Shown: positions 50,301-61,765, counted from the stretch's first letter. The stretch: 64,000 nt of DNA from an uncultured Solirubrobacterales bacterium (GCA_963745305.1 CAVUWL010000001.1:32278-96277); one strand, 5' to 3'. The notes: generated by a model from the sequence alone, not told the origin. Translations and numbers: made by a program.

Positions 50301-51693
50301 ATTTCGACCGCGACCGCCGGCACCAGCATTTGCAACAACGGGGGTGAAATCAGATTCGGGCTCTGTCCTCGATTTACAGCCACGCCCCGTCCATCTCTAC
50401 ATGCGCGTTAAGGATCTCATCACCTACGAAATCGCCGAAGGCCACACAAACCCGTCGCCATTCATCGGCATGACTCCCGATGGCTCAAAGGTGTTCTTTA
50501 GCTCCGAAGAACACCTGACCACTGAAGACCCCGGGCATGTCGGCGCCTCCCTCTACATGTGGTCTCAGAAGGGCGAAGAAGAACACCATCCACTTACGCT
50601 GATCTCAAAGGGCGAAAGCGAAGAATCCGGCGCATCCGGGAACACCGGCGAATGCCACCCGGCACGCCGTAGTGGGGCGCCCTGGACCACCAACTGCAGC
50701 GCCGTGCCGATCTCGACTTACCTTTACTCCTTCCTTACGGGTGGGGCTGGCGGCAACGGCTTTTCGGACTCCGCGATCTCCGCCGACGGTGATATCTACT
50801 TCTACTCTCCAGAGCAGCTCGAAGGCACCGAGGGTGTTCCTGGGCAGGAGAACCTCTACGACTACCGCGACGGCAAGGCACGCTATGTGACCACGCTCAA
50901 GCCCGAAGAAAAGTGCACCAAAACCGCAGTCCTCGGCGTTGACACGGTCTGCACCACCGAAGCGGTGCTGCGCATCGACGTCAGTCCCGACGACAGCCAT
51001 ATGGCCTTCGTCACCGCCTCTCGGTTGAGCTCCTATGACAACGCCGGCCATCTTGAGATGTACTCCTACACCCCTGCCTCGGGGGCGCTCGTTTGCGATT
51101 CCTGTAACCCCGACGGCCAGCCCGCGACCGCCGATGTCCAGGCCAGCCAGGACGGGCTGTTCATGACTGACGATGGCCGCGCATTTTTCTCCACAACCGA
51201 ATCGCTGGTACCCCAGGACACAAACGAAGGCCCTGATGTCTATGAGTTCGTCGACGGCCGCCCGCAGCTGATCTCTCCCGGCACTGGGACGGCCACTGCT
51301 GGAAGCGCCGTCTTTAGCTTCGCCGCCTCAAACGAGTTGCCTGGCCTGGTTGGCGTCAGCGCCGACGGCACCGACGTCTACTTCGGCACCTTCGACAGCC
51401 TCGTCTCCGGCGATCACAACGGAAACTTCTTTCGCTTCTACGACGCCCGCACCGATGGCGGTTTTCGTCAGGCCGCGCCGGTCCAACCCTGTGCCGCTGC
51501 AGAAGAATGCCACGGTCCCGGCAGAGAAGAACCCGGACTTCCGACCCAAGGCACAGGATCCGCCCTGACCGGAGGTAACGCCACCTTGCGAAGCCACCTA
51601 AGGCACCGCACCAAGAGGCACAAGCGCGTGCGCCATGAACGCAGCAAGAAGCACCGAGCCAAGCAACACCGGAAAGGATCGGTGCGCCCTTGA
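47395..51693 (+). pseudogene. giant secreted beta-propeller protein 1 (unit 2), at least four frameshifts; interrupted by group II intron
   Basis: MSRSGRFLCAAAIAVSAAFWLLPSVAQA. NHL-like blades (DNLWVVDEGRGAIPEF, GDIYAVSG, GDVYLFGRAG). FN3-like modules (CQFEYAIAAAY, TFHFRISLTND, YHFEYTTEGDF, PYVYRLVATNKYG, CRFEYGPTTSYG, VTYHFRVIVENKWG). ACPNP-AIRNQTGSAYLPDCRAYELVSP. PD40-like blades (STDGSHILIST, TPDGSKVFFSSEEHL, SADGTDVYFGTFD). AAEECHGPG. Path: frame of ORF 47092.. to about 49250, ORF 49274.. to about 49400, back to about 49760, ORF 49629.. to about 50370, then ORF 50161... Exon 1 ends at 51627. Confidence 0.8.
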
Positions 51694-53583
51694 TGCGGCG
51701 CTGCACAGAAGATGGAGGTAGGCCCTCCGTGGTCGCCTTGCAGGAGGCGATCACAAACCACCCCGAGGTGCGGCGGTCAAGAGCCGCTCGTGCTGAGCGT
51801 CGTGGGAAAAGGCGCACCAACGAGTGCGTCAGGTATGACCCGATGAAGGCGAAGACGACTGAACCGCAGGAAACGTGTCGAAAGCTTTTAGACGACATCA
51901 AAACCAGGCTCGGCGCTTATGCCTGGGATGAGCCTGGGAGTCACCTGTCTACTGACCAGGCGGTGTCCGGCATATATGCGGCGCCAGCGCGGGTCAGGCT
52001 CCTGTGCGGAACATGGGAACCTGTCGTCTCGCGGGAAGCCGGCTCATGGTCATCTGACCTCCGGCCGGCTCTCCCAGGGAAGGCCCCAAGCGGCAGAAAC
52101 CGCAAGGGACCACATCCTGATGCGAGGCACAGGGGCGGACTGCCCGGTAGTAGTGATGAAGGCTCTGTAATGGGGCTGGAGCGAAGCGGGCGGGCCATCC
52201 AGGCGAAGTTGACGGTCAACCACGAAGTGTGTGGGAGGACCCGGTGACCGAGCCAAAGTCAAAGGTCAAGAAGTCGTTTTGCATCGACAAGCGGGTGGTC
52301 TGGGAGGCCTGGAAGCAAGTCAGGGCCAACCAGGGCGCTCCAGGAGTCGATGAGGAATCGGTTGCGGAGTTCGAGAGGAACCTCAAGGGGAACCTATACG
52401 TGCTGTGGAACCGGATGTCCTCGGGTGCCTACATGCCACCGCCTGTGAAGGCGGTGCAGATACCGAAGAAGGATGGGCGAGGGTCAAGAACCCTCGGTGT
52501 GCCCACCGTCGCCGACAGGGTCGCGCAGACGGTCGCCAAGCTGTATTTGGAACCAGAGGTGGAGCCGATGTTCCACCCCGACTCCTACGGCTATCGACCG
52601 AACCGCTCGGCCCTTGATGCGGTGGGGACGTGCCGGGAGCGCTGTTGGAAGTCGGACTGGTTGATTGATTGTGATCTCCGCTCCTTCTTCGACCTCGTTG
52701 ACCATCAGCTCATCCTCAAAGCGGTAGCCGCCCACACCAAGGAGCGGTGGGTACTCCTCTACGTCGAGCGCTGGCTGAAGGCCCCGCTGGACAATGGGGA
52801 CGGCAACCTGGAAGCGCGTGATCGTGGCACTCCACAGGGTTCTGCGATCTCCCCGGTGCTCGCCAACATCTATCTCCACTATGCGTTCGATGCCTGGATG
52901 GCCAGGGAGTTCCCGGCCGTCCCCTTCGAGCGCTACGCAGACGATGTTGTCGTACACACCAAAAGTGAGCGCCAGGCACGGGTTGTGCTCGGCGAGATCG
53001 AGAAGCGGATGGCGGACTGTCACCTGGAGCTAAACCAGGAAAAGAGCCGCATCGTCTACTGCAAGGACTCGAATCGCAAAGGCTCTCACGAGCACGAGCG
53101 CTTCGACTTCCTCGGGTACACGTTTCGCCACCGACAAGCCCGTAACGGGCGGGGTGAGCTGTTCCGCAGCTTCTCCCCAGCAGTCAGTGACGAAGCCGCG
53201 AAAGCGATACGCCGGACGATCCGGACTTGGAGGATTCACCTATGGAGCGGGACGCCCCTTACGGACATCGCACGAGAGCAAAGTGCGATCGTGCGAGGCT
53301 GGATCAACTACTACGGGCATTTCTACCCGACCGAGTTGAAGCAGTCCCTCAAGCGCATCGACGAGTACTTGGTGCGCTGGGCGATGCGGAAGTACAAACG
53401 ACTGAAAGGCCGCCGCGAGCGGGCCTGGGAGTTCCTGGCGGACGTGTCCTCACGCGAACCAGAGCTCTTTGCTCACTGGCGGTTGGTACGACCCTACGAC
53501 CGGATGGTGGGAGCCGTATGACGGGAGACTGTCACGTGCGGTTCTGCGAGAGCCGGGAGGCGCAATCCTCCCTGCCACTCACC
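51628..53583 (+). mobile_element. group II intron, copy 2 (1956 nt)
   Basis: GTGCGCC start. Domain V GAGCCGTATGACGGGAGACTGTCACGTGCGGTTC at 53511..53544. Ends ...CCTCCCTGCCACTCACC at 53583. About nine-tenths identical to copy 1 by eye. Confidence 0.85.
52244..53521 (+). CDS. group II intron reverse transcriptase/maturase
   Basis: Same blocks as 34287..35564 (YADD, GWINYYGH). ORF track starts at GTG 52229. GTG 52244 corresponds to the copy-1 start. Confidence 0.9.
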   Translation: MTEPKSKVKKSFCIDKRVVWEAWKQVRANQGAPGVDEESVAEFERNLKGNLYVLWNRMSSGAYMPPPVKAVQIPKKDGRGSRTLGVPTVADRVAQTVAKLYLEPEVEPMFHPDSYGYRPNRSALDAVGTCRERCWKSDWLIDCDLRSFFDLVDHQLILKAVAAHTKERWVLLYVERWLKAPLDNGDGNLEARDRGTPQGSAISPVLANIYLHYAFDAWMAREFPAVPFERYADDVVVHTKSERQARVVLGEIEKRMADCHLELNQEKSRIVYCKDSNRKGSHEHERFDFLGYTFRHRQARNGRGELFRSFSPAVSDEAAKAIRRTIRTWRIHLWSGTPLTDIAREQSAIVRGWINYYGHFYPTELKQSLKRIDEYLVRWAMRKYKRLKGRRERAWEFLADVSSREPELFAHWRLVRPYDRMVGAV

Positions 53584-53640
53584 AAGAGCAGGCGCCATCC
53601 ACGCCGAGCCGCTCATCACGATGGCAGGGCTGCGCGATGA
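53584..53640 (+). other. predicted 3' exon of giant gene 1 (KSRRHPRRAAHHDGRAAR-stop)
   Basis: Joining 51627 to 53584 gives ...TKRHKR-KSRRHPRRAAHHDGRAAR*. The uninterrupted unit-1 paralog reads KHHKR-KSKRHNHRAARQPEGRK* (CACAAGCGC-AAGAGCAAGCGCC at about 24052..24073 vs CACAAGCGC|AAGAGCAGGCGCC). Confidence 0.65.
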
Positions 53641-53708
53641 GCGCAGAGCAAAGAAGCAATCGCCATCTATCTCATTTTGGATATCGAGCCCGCCACAAAT
53701 TATCCATT

Positions 53709-56663
53709 ATGATCTCGCCTCTTCGCCTCTTCGCCGCAGCGGTCTCAGGATTCCAGCCGACTGAGGATCTCGAGGCGCGTGGCTCCGCGCGCCGGCTGAG
53801 CATCGCCGTGTGCGTGACCGCGGTGGTGGTGGGCTTGCTGGTGCCCGCAGTTGCCCAAGCGGTACCGATCTTTCGCTTTACCACCCTGCCCTCCACCACA
53901 CAGGCGGGCGGTCATCCCGACGTCGCCTTTTCATATGCGGTCGGCAACCGTGCGCAGAATCCCAGTCCTTGCGGCTGTGATGACCCTAAGAACATCTCCG
54001 TTCACCTCCCCACTGGTCTGATCGGCAATCCCCATGCCACCCCGCAGTGCACCATCGCCGCATTTGCCTCAGAAGAATGCCCTACCGACTCTCAGGTCGG
54101 GATCACCCAGGTCCACGTAAGCACCGGCACCTGCATCGAACTGGAAGAATGTACGATCAGCTTTCTGACCCCCGTCTTCGCCCTTGTCGCTCCTCCCGAA
54201 GACGCGGGCCTCCTCGGTTTTAAAACCGGCATTTTCGCCAGTCCGATACTCACAGTCATAAGCTCCCGTACCGACAGCGACTACGGTATCAACGCGACGG
54301 TCGAAAATACCCCACATTTCTTCCCGCTGTTCAGCTTCAAAGAGGATATCTGGGGTATTCCCTCCGAACATAGCCACGACGACCTCAGATTTGGCTTCCG
54401 TCAGTTGCCGACAATCGGAGGGACGGAAATCTGTACGACCGGCGGTGAACCGAGTACCTTCGACCCCAACACGATGGCCACCTGGTGTCCGTTCCGCGGA
54501 GAACACAAAGCGGTTGGCACAAACACCGAATTCGGTGGACCCGGAGGTCCCGTTTCCTCCGACAGCCCCCACGTCCCTTTCTGGCAAAACCCAACCACCT
54601 GCGGTGAATCTTCGCTCGTTGCCTCGCTCGACGTCCTCAGCTACACAGAAGAATTTACCCAGGCGGACTCCTCCTACCCTGCGACCACCGACTGCGATCA
54701 GCTCACCTTTAACCCCAGCCAATCGGTGGTCCCCACGACATCGGCTGCAGATTCACCCTCCGGCGCCGAACTGCATCTCAGCGTTCCCCAGTTCGAGAGC
54801 CCCAGCGTACCGTCACCCTCCGAGCTCCGCGACGCCACCATCACCTTTCCCGAAGGCTTCTCCCTCGCGCCTAACGTGGCCAACGGCAAGACCACTTGTT
54901 CCGAAGCGCAGGCGCGTTTTGGCACGACCGAAGAAGCCCAATGCCCCGAAGACGCGAAGGTCGGTACGATCTCCATTGATACCCCCGTCCTGCCCGGCCC
55001 CCTCCTCGGCGCCGTCTACCTTGGTGAACCGCAACCGGGCAACCGCTTCCGACTATTCCTTGTCCTCGACGGCTTCGGACTCCACATCAAGCTGTCTGGC
55101 AAGGTCATCCCCGACCCGGTCACGGGGCAGATTCGAATCGCCTTCCAGAACCTCCCTCAAACCCCCTTTGAATCCTTCAACGTGCACATTTTCGGCTCCG
55201 AGCGGGGCGCCCTCGACACGCCGAGCCAGTGCGGCTCCTATGAAGTAAGCAGCGTCTTCACTCCGTGGGACGCCGCTCTGCCAGAACAGACCTCCCGCCA
55301 GTTCTTCAAAGTGACCGAAGGGCCAAACGGCAGCTCCTGCCCAGACGGCGCGCGCCCCTTCAGCCCCGGCTTGAAGTCTGCCTCTTCCGCCAACACCGCC
55401 GCCGCCCATACCTCATTCTCGATTGATCTGACCAGAAACGACGGCGAACAGAATCTGAAGGCGCTGAACGTCACCACACCACCGGGCTTCTCTGCGACCC
55501 TTAAGGGCGTTTCTTATTGCCCGGACGCCGCGATCGCAGCCGCCGCCCTGGAAAGCCATACAGGTCTCGCTGAGGAAGCCAGCCCCAGCTGTCCTGCATC
55601 GAGTTTGATCGGCGAATCGAGCGCCGGAACCGGAGCCGGCGATCACCCGCTTTTCCTCCCCGGCAGGGTCTACCTTGCCGGTCCTTACAAGGGTGCGCCG
55701 CTAAGCCTCGCGATCATTACTCCGGCAGTCTCCGGAGGCTATGACCTCGGCAACGTCGTGGTCCGCGCTGCGCTTCATGTCAATCCCGAAACCGCCCAGA
55801 TCACCGCCATCTCTGACCCCCTGCCCCAGATCTTCCAGGGTATCCCCCTCCGCCTGCGCGCGATTCTCGTCAACCTCAACCGTCCGGGTTTCGCCTTAAA
55901 CCCGACCGATTGCAACCCCCTCGCCGTGACCGCTCAGGTCTTCGGCACAGAAGGCGCCGTTTCCACCCCCTCCGAGCACTTCCAGGTCGCCAACTGTGTC
56001 TCCCTCTCCTTTGCCCCCAGGCTTGCGATGGGATTCTCGGGCTCCACCAAACGCGCCGGCAACCCGTCTCTTCGCACCGAACTCACCTATCCAAGCAGCG
56101 GCCCCTACGCCAACGTCTCTCGCGTCGCCGTCACCCTGCCGCCAACCGAGATTGTCGACAACGCCCACATCAAGGACCCTTGCACCAAGGACCAGTTCTT
56201 CGAAGGCAAGGTCCCCGGCGAAAAGTGCCCCCCAGGTTCCGACATCGGCTTCGCAAAGGCAAGCACGCCCCTCCTTGAAAAGCCCCTCGAAGGCCCGGTC
56301 TACCTGCGGACCGGAGGCGGCCACAAGCTCCCCGACATCGTCGCCGCCTTAAACGGTCAGATAGACATCGCCCTCGACGGCCACGTGGACGCCGTTCACT
56401 CTGGCATTCGTACCACCTTCGAAACAGTCCCCGACGCCCCCGTTTCCCACTTCACATTGAGCCTCGACGGCGGACGTAAGGGTCTCCTCCAAAACGACAC
56501 GAACCTCTGCACCAACACCCTTCGCGCGGTCGCTGACATCGCCGCCCAAAACGGCAAGGCGGCTAATCAGAACCCCGTTCTCAGCACTCCTTGCGCCAAG
56601 AAACACCAAAAGCGCGCCAGGCTTGGACGAGCTTTGGGCGTCAACCGGGCAGGTGGGCGTTGA
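53709..56663 (+). CDS. QAGGHPD-motif secreted protein, type A (unit 2), intact
   Basis: Signal-like LSIAVCVTAVVVGLLVPAVAQA. FRFTTLPSTTQAGGHPDVAF (53901..53921). LIGNPHATPQCTIAAFASEECPTDSQVG. WQNPTTCGESSL. FPEGFSLAPNVANGKTTCSEAQARFG. VYLGEPQPGNRFRLFLVLDGFGLHIKLSGKVIPDPVTGQIRIAFQNLPQTPFESFNVHIFGSERGALDTP. GIPLRLRAILVNLNRPGFALNPTDC. Tail TPCAKKHQKRARLGRALGVNRAGGR. Start ATG 53709 is the first in-frame ATG before the hydrophobic segment. Confidence 0.8.
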   Translation: MISPLRLFAAAVSGFQPTEDLEARGSARRLSIAVCVTAVVVGLLVPAVAQAVPIFRFTTLPSTTQAGGHPDVAFSYAVGNRAQNPSPCGCDDPKNISVHLPTGLIGNPHATPQCTIAAFASEECPTDSQVGITQVHVSTGTCIELEECTISFLTPVFALVAPPEDAGLLGFKTGIFASPILTVISSRTDSDYGINATVENTPHFFPLFSFKEDIWGIPSEHSHDDLRFGFRQLPTIGGTEICTTGGEPSTFDPNTMATWCPFRGEHKAVGTNTEFGGPGGPVSSDSPHVPFWQNPTTCGESSLVASLDVLSYTEEFTQADSSYPATTDCDQLTFNPSQSVVPTTSAADSPSGAELHLSVPQFESPSVPSPSELRDATITFPEGFSLAPNVANGKTTCSEAQARFGTTEEAQCPEDAKVGTISIDTPVLPGPLLGAVYLGEPQPGNRFRLFLVLDGFGLHIKLSGKVIPDPVTGQIRIAFQNLPQTPFESFNVHIFGSERGALDTPSQCGSYEVSSVFTPWDAALPEQTSRQFFKVTEGPNGSSCPDGARPFSPGLKSASSANTAAAHTSFSIDLTRNDGEQNLKALNVTTPPGFSATLKGVSYCPDAAIAAAALESHTGLAEEASPSCPASSLIGESSAGTGAGDHPLFLPGRVYLAGPYKGAPLSLAIITPAVSGGYDLGNVVVRAALHVNPETAQITAISDPLPQIFQGIPLRLRAILVNLNRPGFALNPTDCNPLAVTAQVFGTEGAVSTPSEHFQVANCVSLSFAPRLAMGFSGSTKRAGNPSLRTELTYPSSGPYANVSRVAVTLPPTEIVDNAHIKDPCTKDQFFEGKVPGEKCPPGSDIGFAKASTPLLEKPLEGPVYLRTGGGHKLPDIVAALNGQIDIALDGHVDAVHSGIRTTFETVPDAPVSHFTLSLDGGRKGLLQNDTNLCTNTLRAVADIAAQNGKAANQNPVLSTPCAKKHQKRARLGRALGVNRAGGR

Positions 56664-59600
56664 TGAAGACCAAGCCCAATCTGCTTCGCTTTTTCCGCGA
56701 TTCAGTGTGTATTCAGCTTGCCGTCACTTCTGTCGTTGCGATCGCGGCACTCCTTTTTACCGCCGCCCCCGCTCTCGCCGACCGCAGCTACGACACCCAG
56801 ATCACCGAACTTCCGGACGCCTTTGGCATTACGGTGGATTACTCCGACAGCCTTTGGGTCGCCAACTCCGGCAACAACGGTCAAATCTCTGAGTATGGGC
56901 CCTTCTCCTCAAACCTCGTCGCCACCCAGAACGGCAGCGGCGCCGGTGAACAATTCAGCGCCTACTACAACCGAAGTGTGGCGCTCGACGATCTGAACGG
57001 TTACCTCTACGTCGCAAACTCTGACACAGATAAGCTGGATGTCTTCGAAAATGGCACCGGGCCCCTTATCGAACAATGGGGTGGCTTCGGCGGTGGGTTC
57101 GTCTACGCGGCCATCGACAACTCAGGGGGGACCGCAAACGGTACAGTGTATGTGGCAGCCTCCGGCCCAAAGAATATCCAGGCCTTTGACGCAAATCATA
57201 GCCAGGCCAATTTCTCGGCCCTCGACGAGCCATATATTGCCGGTAACCGAATCACCGGAACGCCCAATGGCACCTTCGGCTTCATTCGAAACATCGCTGT
57301 TGATTCCAACGGCAACATTTATCTTGTTGACCAGGAAAAGAGTGAAGTCGACGAGTTCAAGCCAAGTGGCGAATACGTTCGCTCCTTCAAGAAGGCGGAA
57401 CTCACCACCCCGACCGCTGTTGCGGTCGACCCGACCAACGCCAACGTCCTCATAGCGGAAGAAGGCGGTGGGGTCATTGACGAATTCACTTCCTCCGGTG
57501 AATTCCTCGCCCAGATCAATGGATCGGAAACCCCCGCCGGATCGTTCTCGCCCGCCGGCATCTCCTTCAACTCCGAAGGCTACCTGTATGTCTCCGATTC
57601 CGCGCACGAAGCGGTAGACCTCTTCACTCCGAACGTCCCACTACCCAAGATCAGCTATGAACCACCATCGAACCTCAAGCAGACCTCCGTCACTCTGAAC
57701 GCAAAGGTCGATCCCAACGGCGGTGAAGTCACCGGCTGTTACTTTGAATACGGGGTCACCGCCGCCTACGGCTCGCCCCATGTCCCCTGTTCGCCAGAAC
57801 CTCCCTACTCGGGAACCGCAGAAACCAACGTCAGCGCCGAAATCTCGGGGCTCACTTCTGAGACCGCGTATCACTACCGGGTCGTGGTCACAGCTGCGAG
57901 CGGCCATCCAAGAAGGGGTGGCGATCAGACATTCACGCTGCACGCCGTGGCGAACCTCGCGACCGAACCGGCGACGGCGCTTACTCCCACCGGCGCCACG
58001 CTCAACGCCTCCTTCCTCGGCAACGGCGAGGACACCCACTACTACTTCGAATGGGGGACCACCACCTCCTACGGAAACCAGACGACAATTCCACCGGGAG
58101 AAGATGCCGGCTCCCCCTCGGGCCCGACCCCCACCGGACTCTCATTTCACCTCACAGGCCTGGAACCGGCAACCACCTATCACTACCGGGTGGTCGCTGA
58201 AAACGGCGCCGGCACGACCACGGCCGGCGATCGGACCTGACGACTCCGGCGGCGCCGCCCCTGGTCAGCGGCGAGCAGGTGGGCAATGTGCATGCCGATA
58301 CCGCCCAGGTACACGCTGAGATCAATCCGGGCGGGGGAGAAACCACCTACCACGTCGCCTATGGCACCACCAGCAGCTACGGATCGCTCGGCCCGATCCC
58401 CGATGCAAAAGCGGGATCCGGGAGAACTCTGCAGAGCGTCACCGTCCAGCTGAGCGCCCTCACGCCCGGCACCACCTACCACTACCAGGTGGTCGCTCAG
58501 AACGCCACCGAAACCACCAAGGCGACGCGACCGTACCTTCACGACCCTGCCTTTCACCAAGGAAATCACCGACACCTGCCCCAACTCCCACGTCCGCCAG
58601 CAGACCGGCGCCGCCCAACTCCTCGACTGTCGCGCCTACGAGCTGGTCTCCGCGGCCAATACCGCCGGCTATGACGTCGAGTCCAATCTCGTCCCCGGCC
58701 AGGCCCCCTTCGCCGGCTATCCCGCAAGCCTCCGGCCGGGTCCTCTACGGCGTCCACGACGGTGCCATCCCCGGCGTCGGCTATCCGACCAACCGCGGCG
58801 TCGACCCCTATCCTCGCCACCCGCGGCGCAAGACGGCTGGAGCACCGAATACGTCGGCATCCCCTCCAACGCAACCCCCTCCTCCGCTCCCTTTGCCTCG
58901 ACCCTGCTCGAAGCCGACGCCGGCCTCGACACCTTCGCCTTCGGCGGCCCGGAAATCTGCTCGCCCTGCTTCGCCGACGGCTCCACCGGCGTCCCGCTCC
59001 GCCTCCCGGCGGCGAGCTGATCCAGGGCATGGCCGGCTCGCTCGACCCCGGTCCTGCCGCCGAACCGGCCGGCTACGTCGCCAAGCCGCTCTCCGCCGAT
59101 GGCACCCATCTCGTCTTCGGCTCGACGTCCAAGTTCGCAGCGGGAGGGAACTCCAAGGCCAGATCTCGATCTATGACCGCGATCTGAGGACGAACGAAAC
59201 CCACGTCGTCTCCGACGATTCCGCCGGCAGCCCGATCGCCTGCCTCAACAACTGCTCATCCGACGGAATCGCCGAGCTCGACATCTCCAAGGGACGGCTC
59301 CCACATCCTCCTCGGCCAGCTCGTCGAAGAAGCCGGAGGTGCCAAGTACTGGCACCTCTACATGAATGTCGATGACTCGGTCCAGACGGTCGAACTCACC
59401 CCCGGCACCGCCGCAGGCGTCCTCTTCGACGGCATGACCGCCGATGGCTCCAAGGTCTTCTTCTCCTCCGAAGAACACCTGACCCAGGAAGATGAACAGC
59501 ACAGCGGCGCTGACATTTACATGTGGGAAGAAGGGCCACCCGCTCACCCTGATCTCCCAGGGACCGAAGGCAACGCAAGCTCATGCGATCCCGCCGCCAA

Positions 59601-61765
59601 CACCGCACACGTTCACTGGAACACGGCCGAAAAAGAAGAAGAGAACTGCGGCGCCGTCGCCGTCGGCGGAGGCGGGGGCGTAGCCTCAGCCAACGGCACC
59701 ATCTCCTTCCTTTCCCCCGAGCCTCCTCGACGGCTCCCAGAACGCAGACGGCGTCAAGAACGCCCCCAACCTCTACATTGTCCGTCCCGGCACTGGCGCC
59801 CCATTCGTCGCCACCCTCGAATCGTCCCTGAACACCTCGCTCCCGCCAAAAACGATCCACCCGTTCGTCGGTTCCTTCGGCTCGTTCGAAAAGCCCACCG
59901 CCGTCGCGATCGCCGAAGGCCCCGGTGAAGAAGGTGACACCTACGTCCTCGACACCGGCCGAACATTCGGACCGGGTTTGGCGAGGAAGTTCGACCCCGC
60001 TGGTGACCCGATCACTGCATTCGGCAAGAACGGCAAACTTGCCGGGCAGAGCGCCAAAGGCAGCGGCGACCTACAGAGCGGCTCGACCACGATCGAATCG
60101 GTGACGACGACCGGCGGCGCCTTCAGCGTCGGCCAGGGAATCACCGGCGCCGGCATCCCCTCGGGGGCGACGATCACAGCCCTCGGCGCCGGCTCGCTTG
60201 AAATCTCTCAACCAGCGACTGCGTCGGGACTCACATCGCTAACCGGCGGGCTCAACTTTGAAGAGTACGGCTATGCCGGCATGCCGGGCGGAATCGCGGT
60301 CGACAACGATCCTTCCAGCCCCTCCTACCGCGACCTCTACGTCCCCGACCTCATTCACGACGTCATCGACAAGTTCGGGCCTTCGGGCGAATTCATCTCC
60401 CAGATCAAATCTTCCCCAATGCATTTCCCACTGGTGCGACGGTTGATCAGGCCAACGGGGACGTCTACGTCTCCGAGTATTCCCACCGAGCGGTCCAGGT
60501 CTTTGGGCCCACGGAGAAGCGATCAAAGCGCGGAAACGAATTGGAACATAGCCCCACCGGGGTCGGCGTAGCCTCGGACGGCGGCGTCTACGTCGTCGAC
60601 GGCGACGGGATTACGCCAGAAGGAACCGAAGTCTACGAACCTTCCAGCCACTCGCCGCTCGAATACAAAAGCACAGGCAAACTGTTTGACGCGAACCCAT
60701 CCTTCGGCGTCGCCGTCGCGCCCGACGGAAGCGTTTACGTCGACGAAGGCACCCAGGTCAGCCAGTTCGATCCCGCCGGTCAGCGGCTCGGCACTCCCCT
60801 CGGCGTCGGGCTACCTGAAGGAACATCCCGTACTCACGGGTGGCACGGCCTCAATTGGGCTTGGCGCGAGCTCAAATAGCCTGGTCATCTCCAACCCCGG
60901 CTCCGGCCCCGGCGAAAACGGGGACGCTATCGCCTTCCGCTCCCTCTATCCGCCCTCCCCGCAGACCGACAACCCGCTCGTCGTCGATTCGGTCACTGCG
61001 CCCGAAACTCGCCAAACGGCCGACTTCCAGATCACCCCCTCGGGCAATGACGCCGCTTTCACCTCGACCCTCGCCCTGGCGGGCCATGAAGAAGAAACCG
61101 CCGGCAACACCGAGGTCTACCGCTACGACGCCCCGACCGAAAGGCTCGACTGCGTCTCGTGCACCCCCACCGGCGCTCCCTCGGCGCGGCGAAGCCGGCC
61201 TAGCCTCCGAATGGCTTGAGCCTCACCGACGAAGGCCGCGTCTTCTTCACCACCACCGACCAGCTCACCGCGGCCGACACCGACAAAAAACAGGACGTCT
61301 ATGAGTGGGAGCCCCTGGGCGCCGGGAACTGCGAAGAATCCAGCCTGAGCTTCACAAGGCCAGCGAACGCATGCCTCGCGCTGATCTCCGCCGGCACCAG
61401 CGCCTTTGACTCCGGCCTGCTCGGCGTCGATGCAAACGGTAAGGATGCCTACTTCTTCACCCGCGACAGCCTCGTCCCCCAAGACAAGAACGGCCCTACG
61501 GTGAAGATCTATGACGCCCGCGAAGGCGGGGGCTTTCCCTTCGAACCACCCCCGGCCCCATGCAGGGCCTCCGATGAGTGCCACGGCGCTTCAAGCCCCG
61601 CTCCCCCGCCGCTCGAGGTCGGCAGCGAATCAGGCACTCCCATAACCATGGAAACGAACCGAAGGCCTGCAAGAAGGGTTACGTCAAAAAGCACGGTAGC
61701 TGCGTCCGTAGAGCACGCAAAGGCACCACAGGCGAGCCAACCCCCACCGTGGAGGTCACAAGTGA
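56663..61765 (+). pseudogene. giant secreted beta-propeller protein 2 (unit 2), many frameshifts
   Basis: ATG 56663 overlaps the preceding stop (TGATG). MKTKPNLLRFFRDSVCIQLAVTSVVAIAALLFTAAPALA. NHL blades (DSLWVANSGNNGQISEY, GYLYVANSDTDKLDVF, GNIYLVDQEKSEVDEF, GYLYVSDSAHEAVDLF). FN3-like modules (CYFEYGVTAAYG, TAYHYRVVVTA, YYFEWGTTTSYG, TTYHYRVVAENGAG, TTYHYQVVAQNA). TCPNSHVRQQTGAAQLLDCRAYELVSAANTAGYDVES. CRASDECHG. ACKKGYVKKHGSCV. Tail RHHRRANPHRGGHK ends at TGA 61763..61765. The first 1.6 kb is one ORF (56591..58240); afterwards coding blocks are scattered over all frames. Confidence 0.75.
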
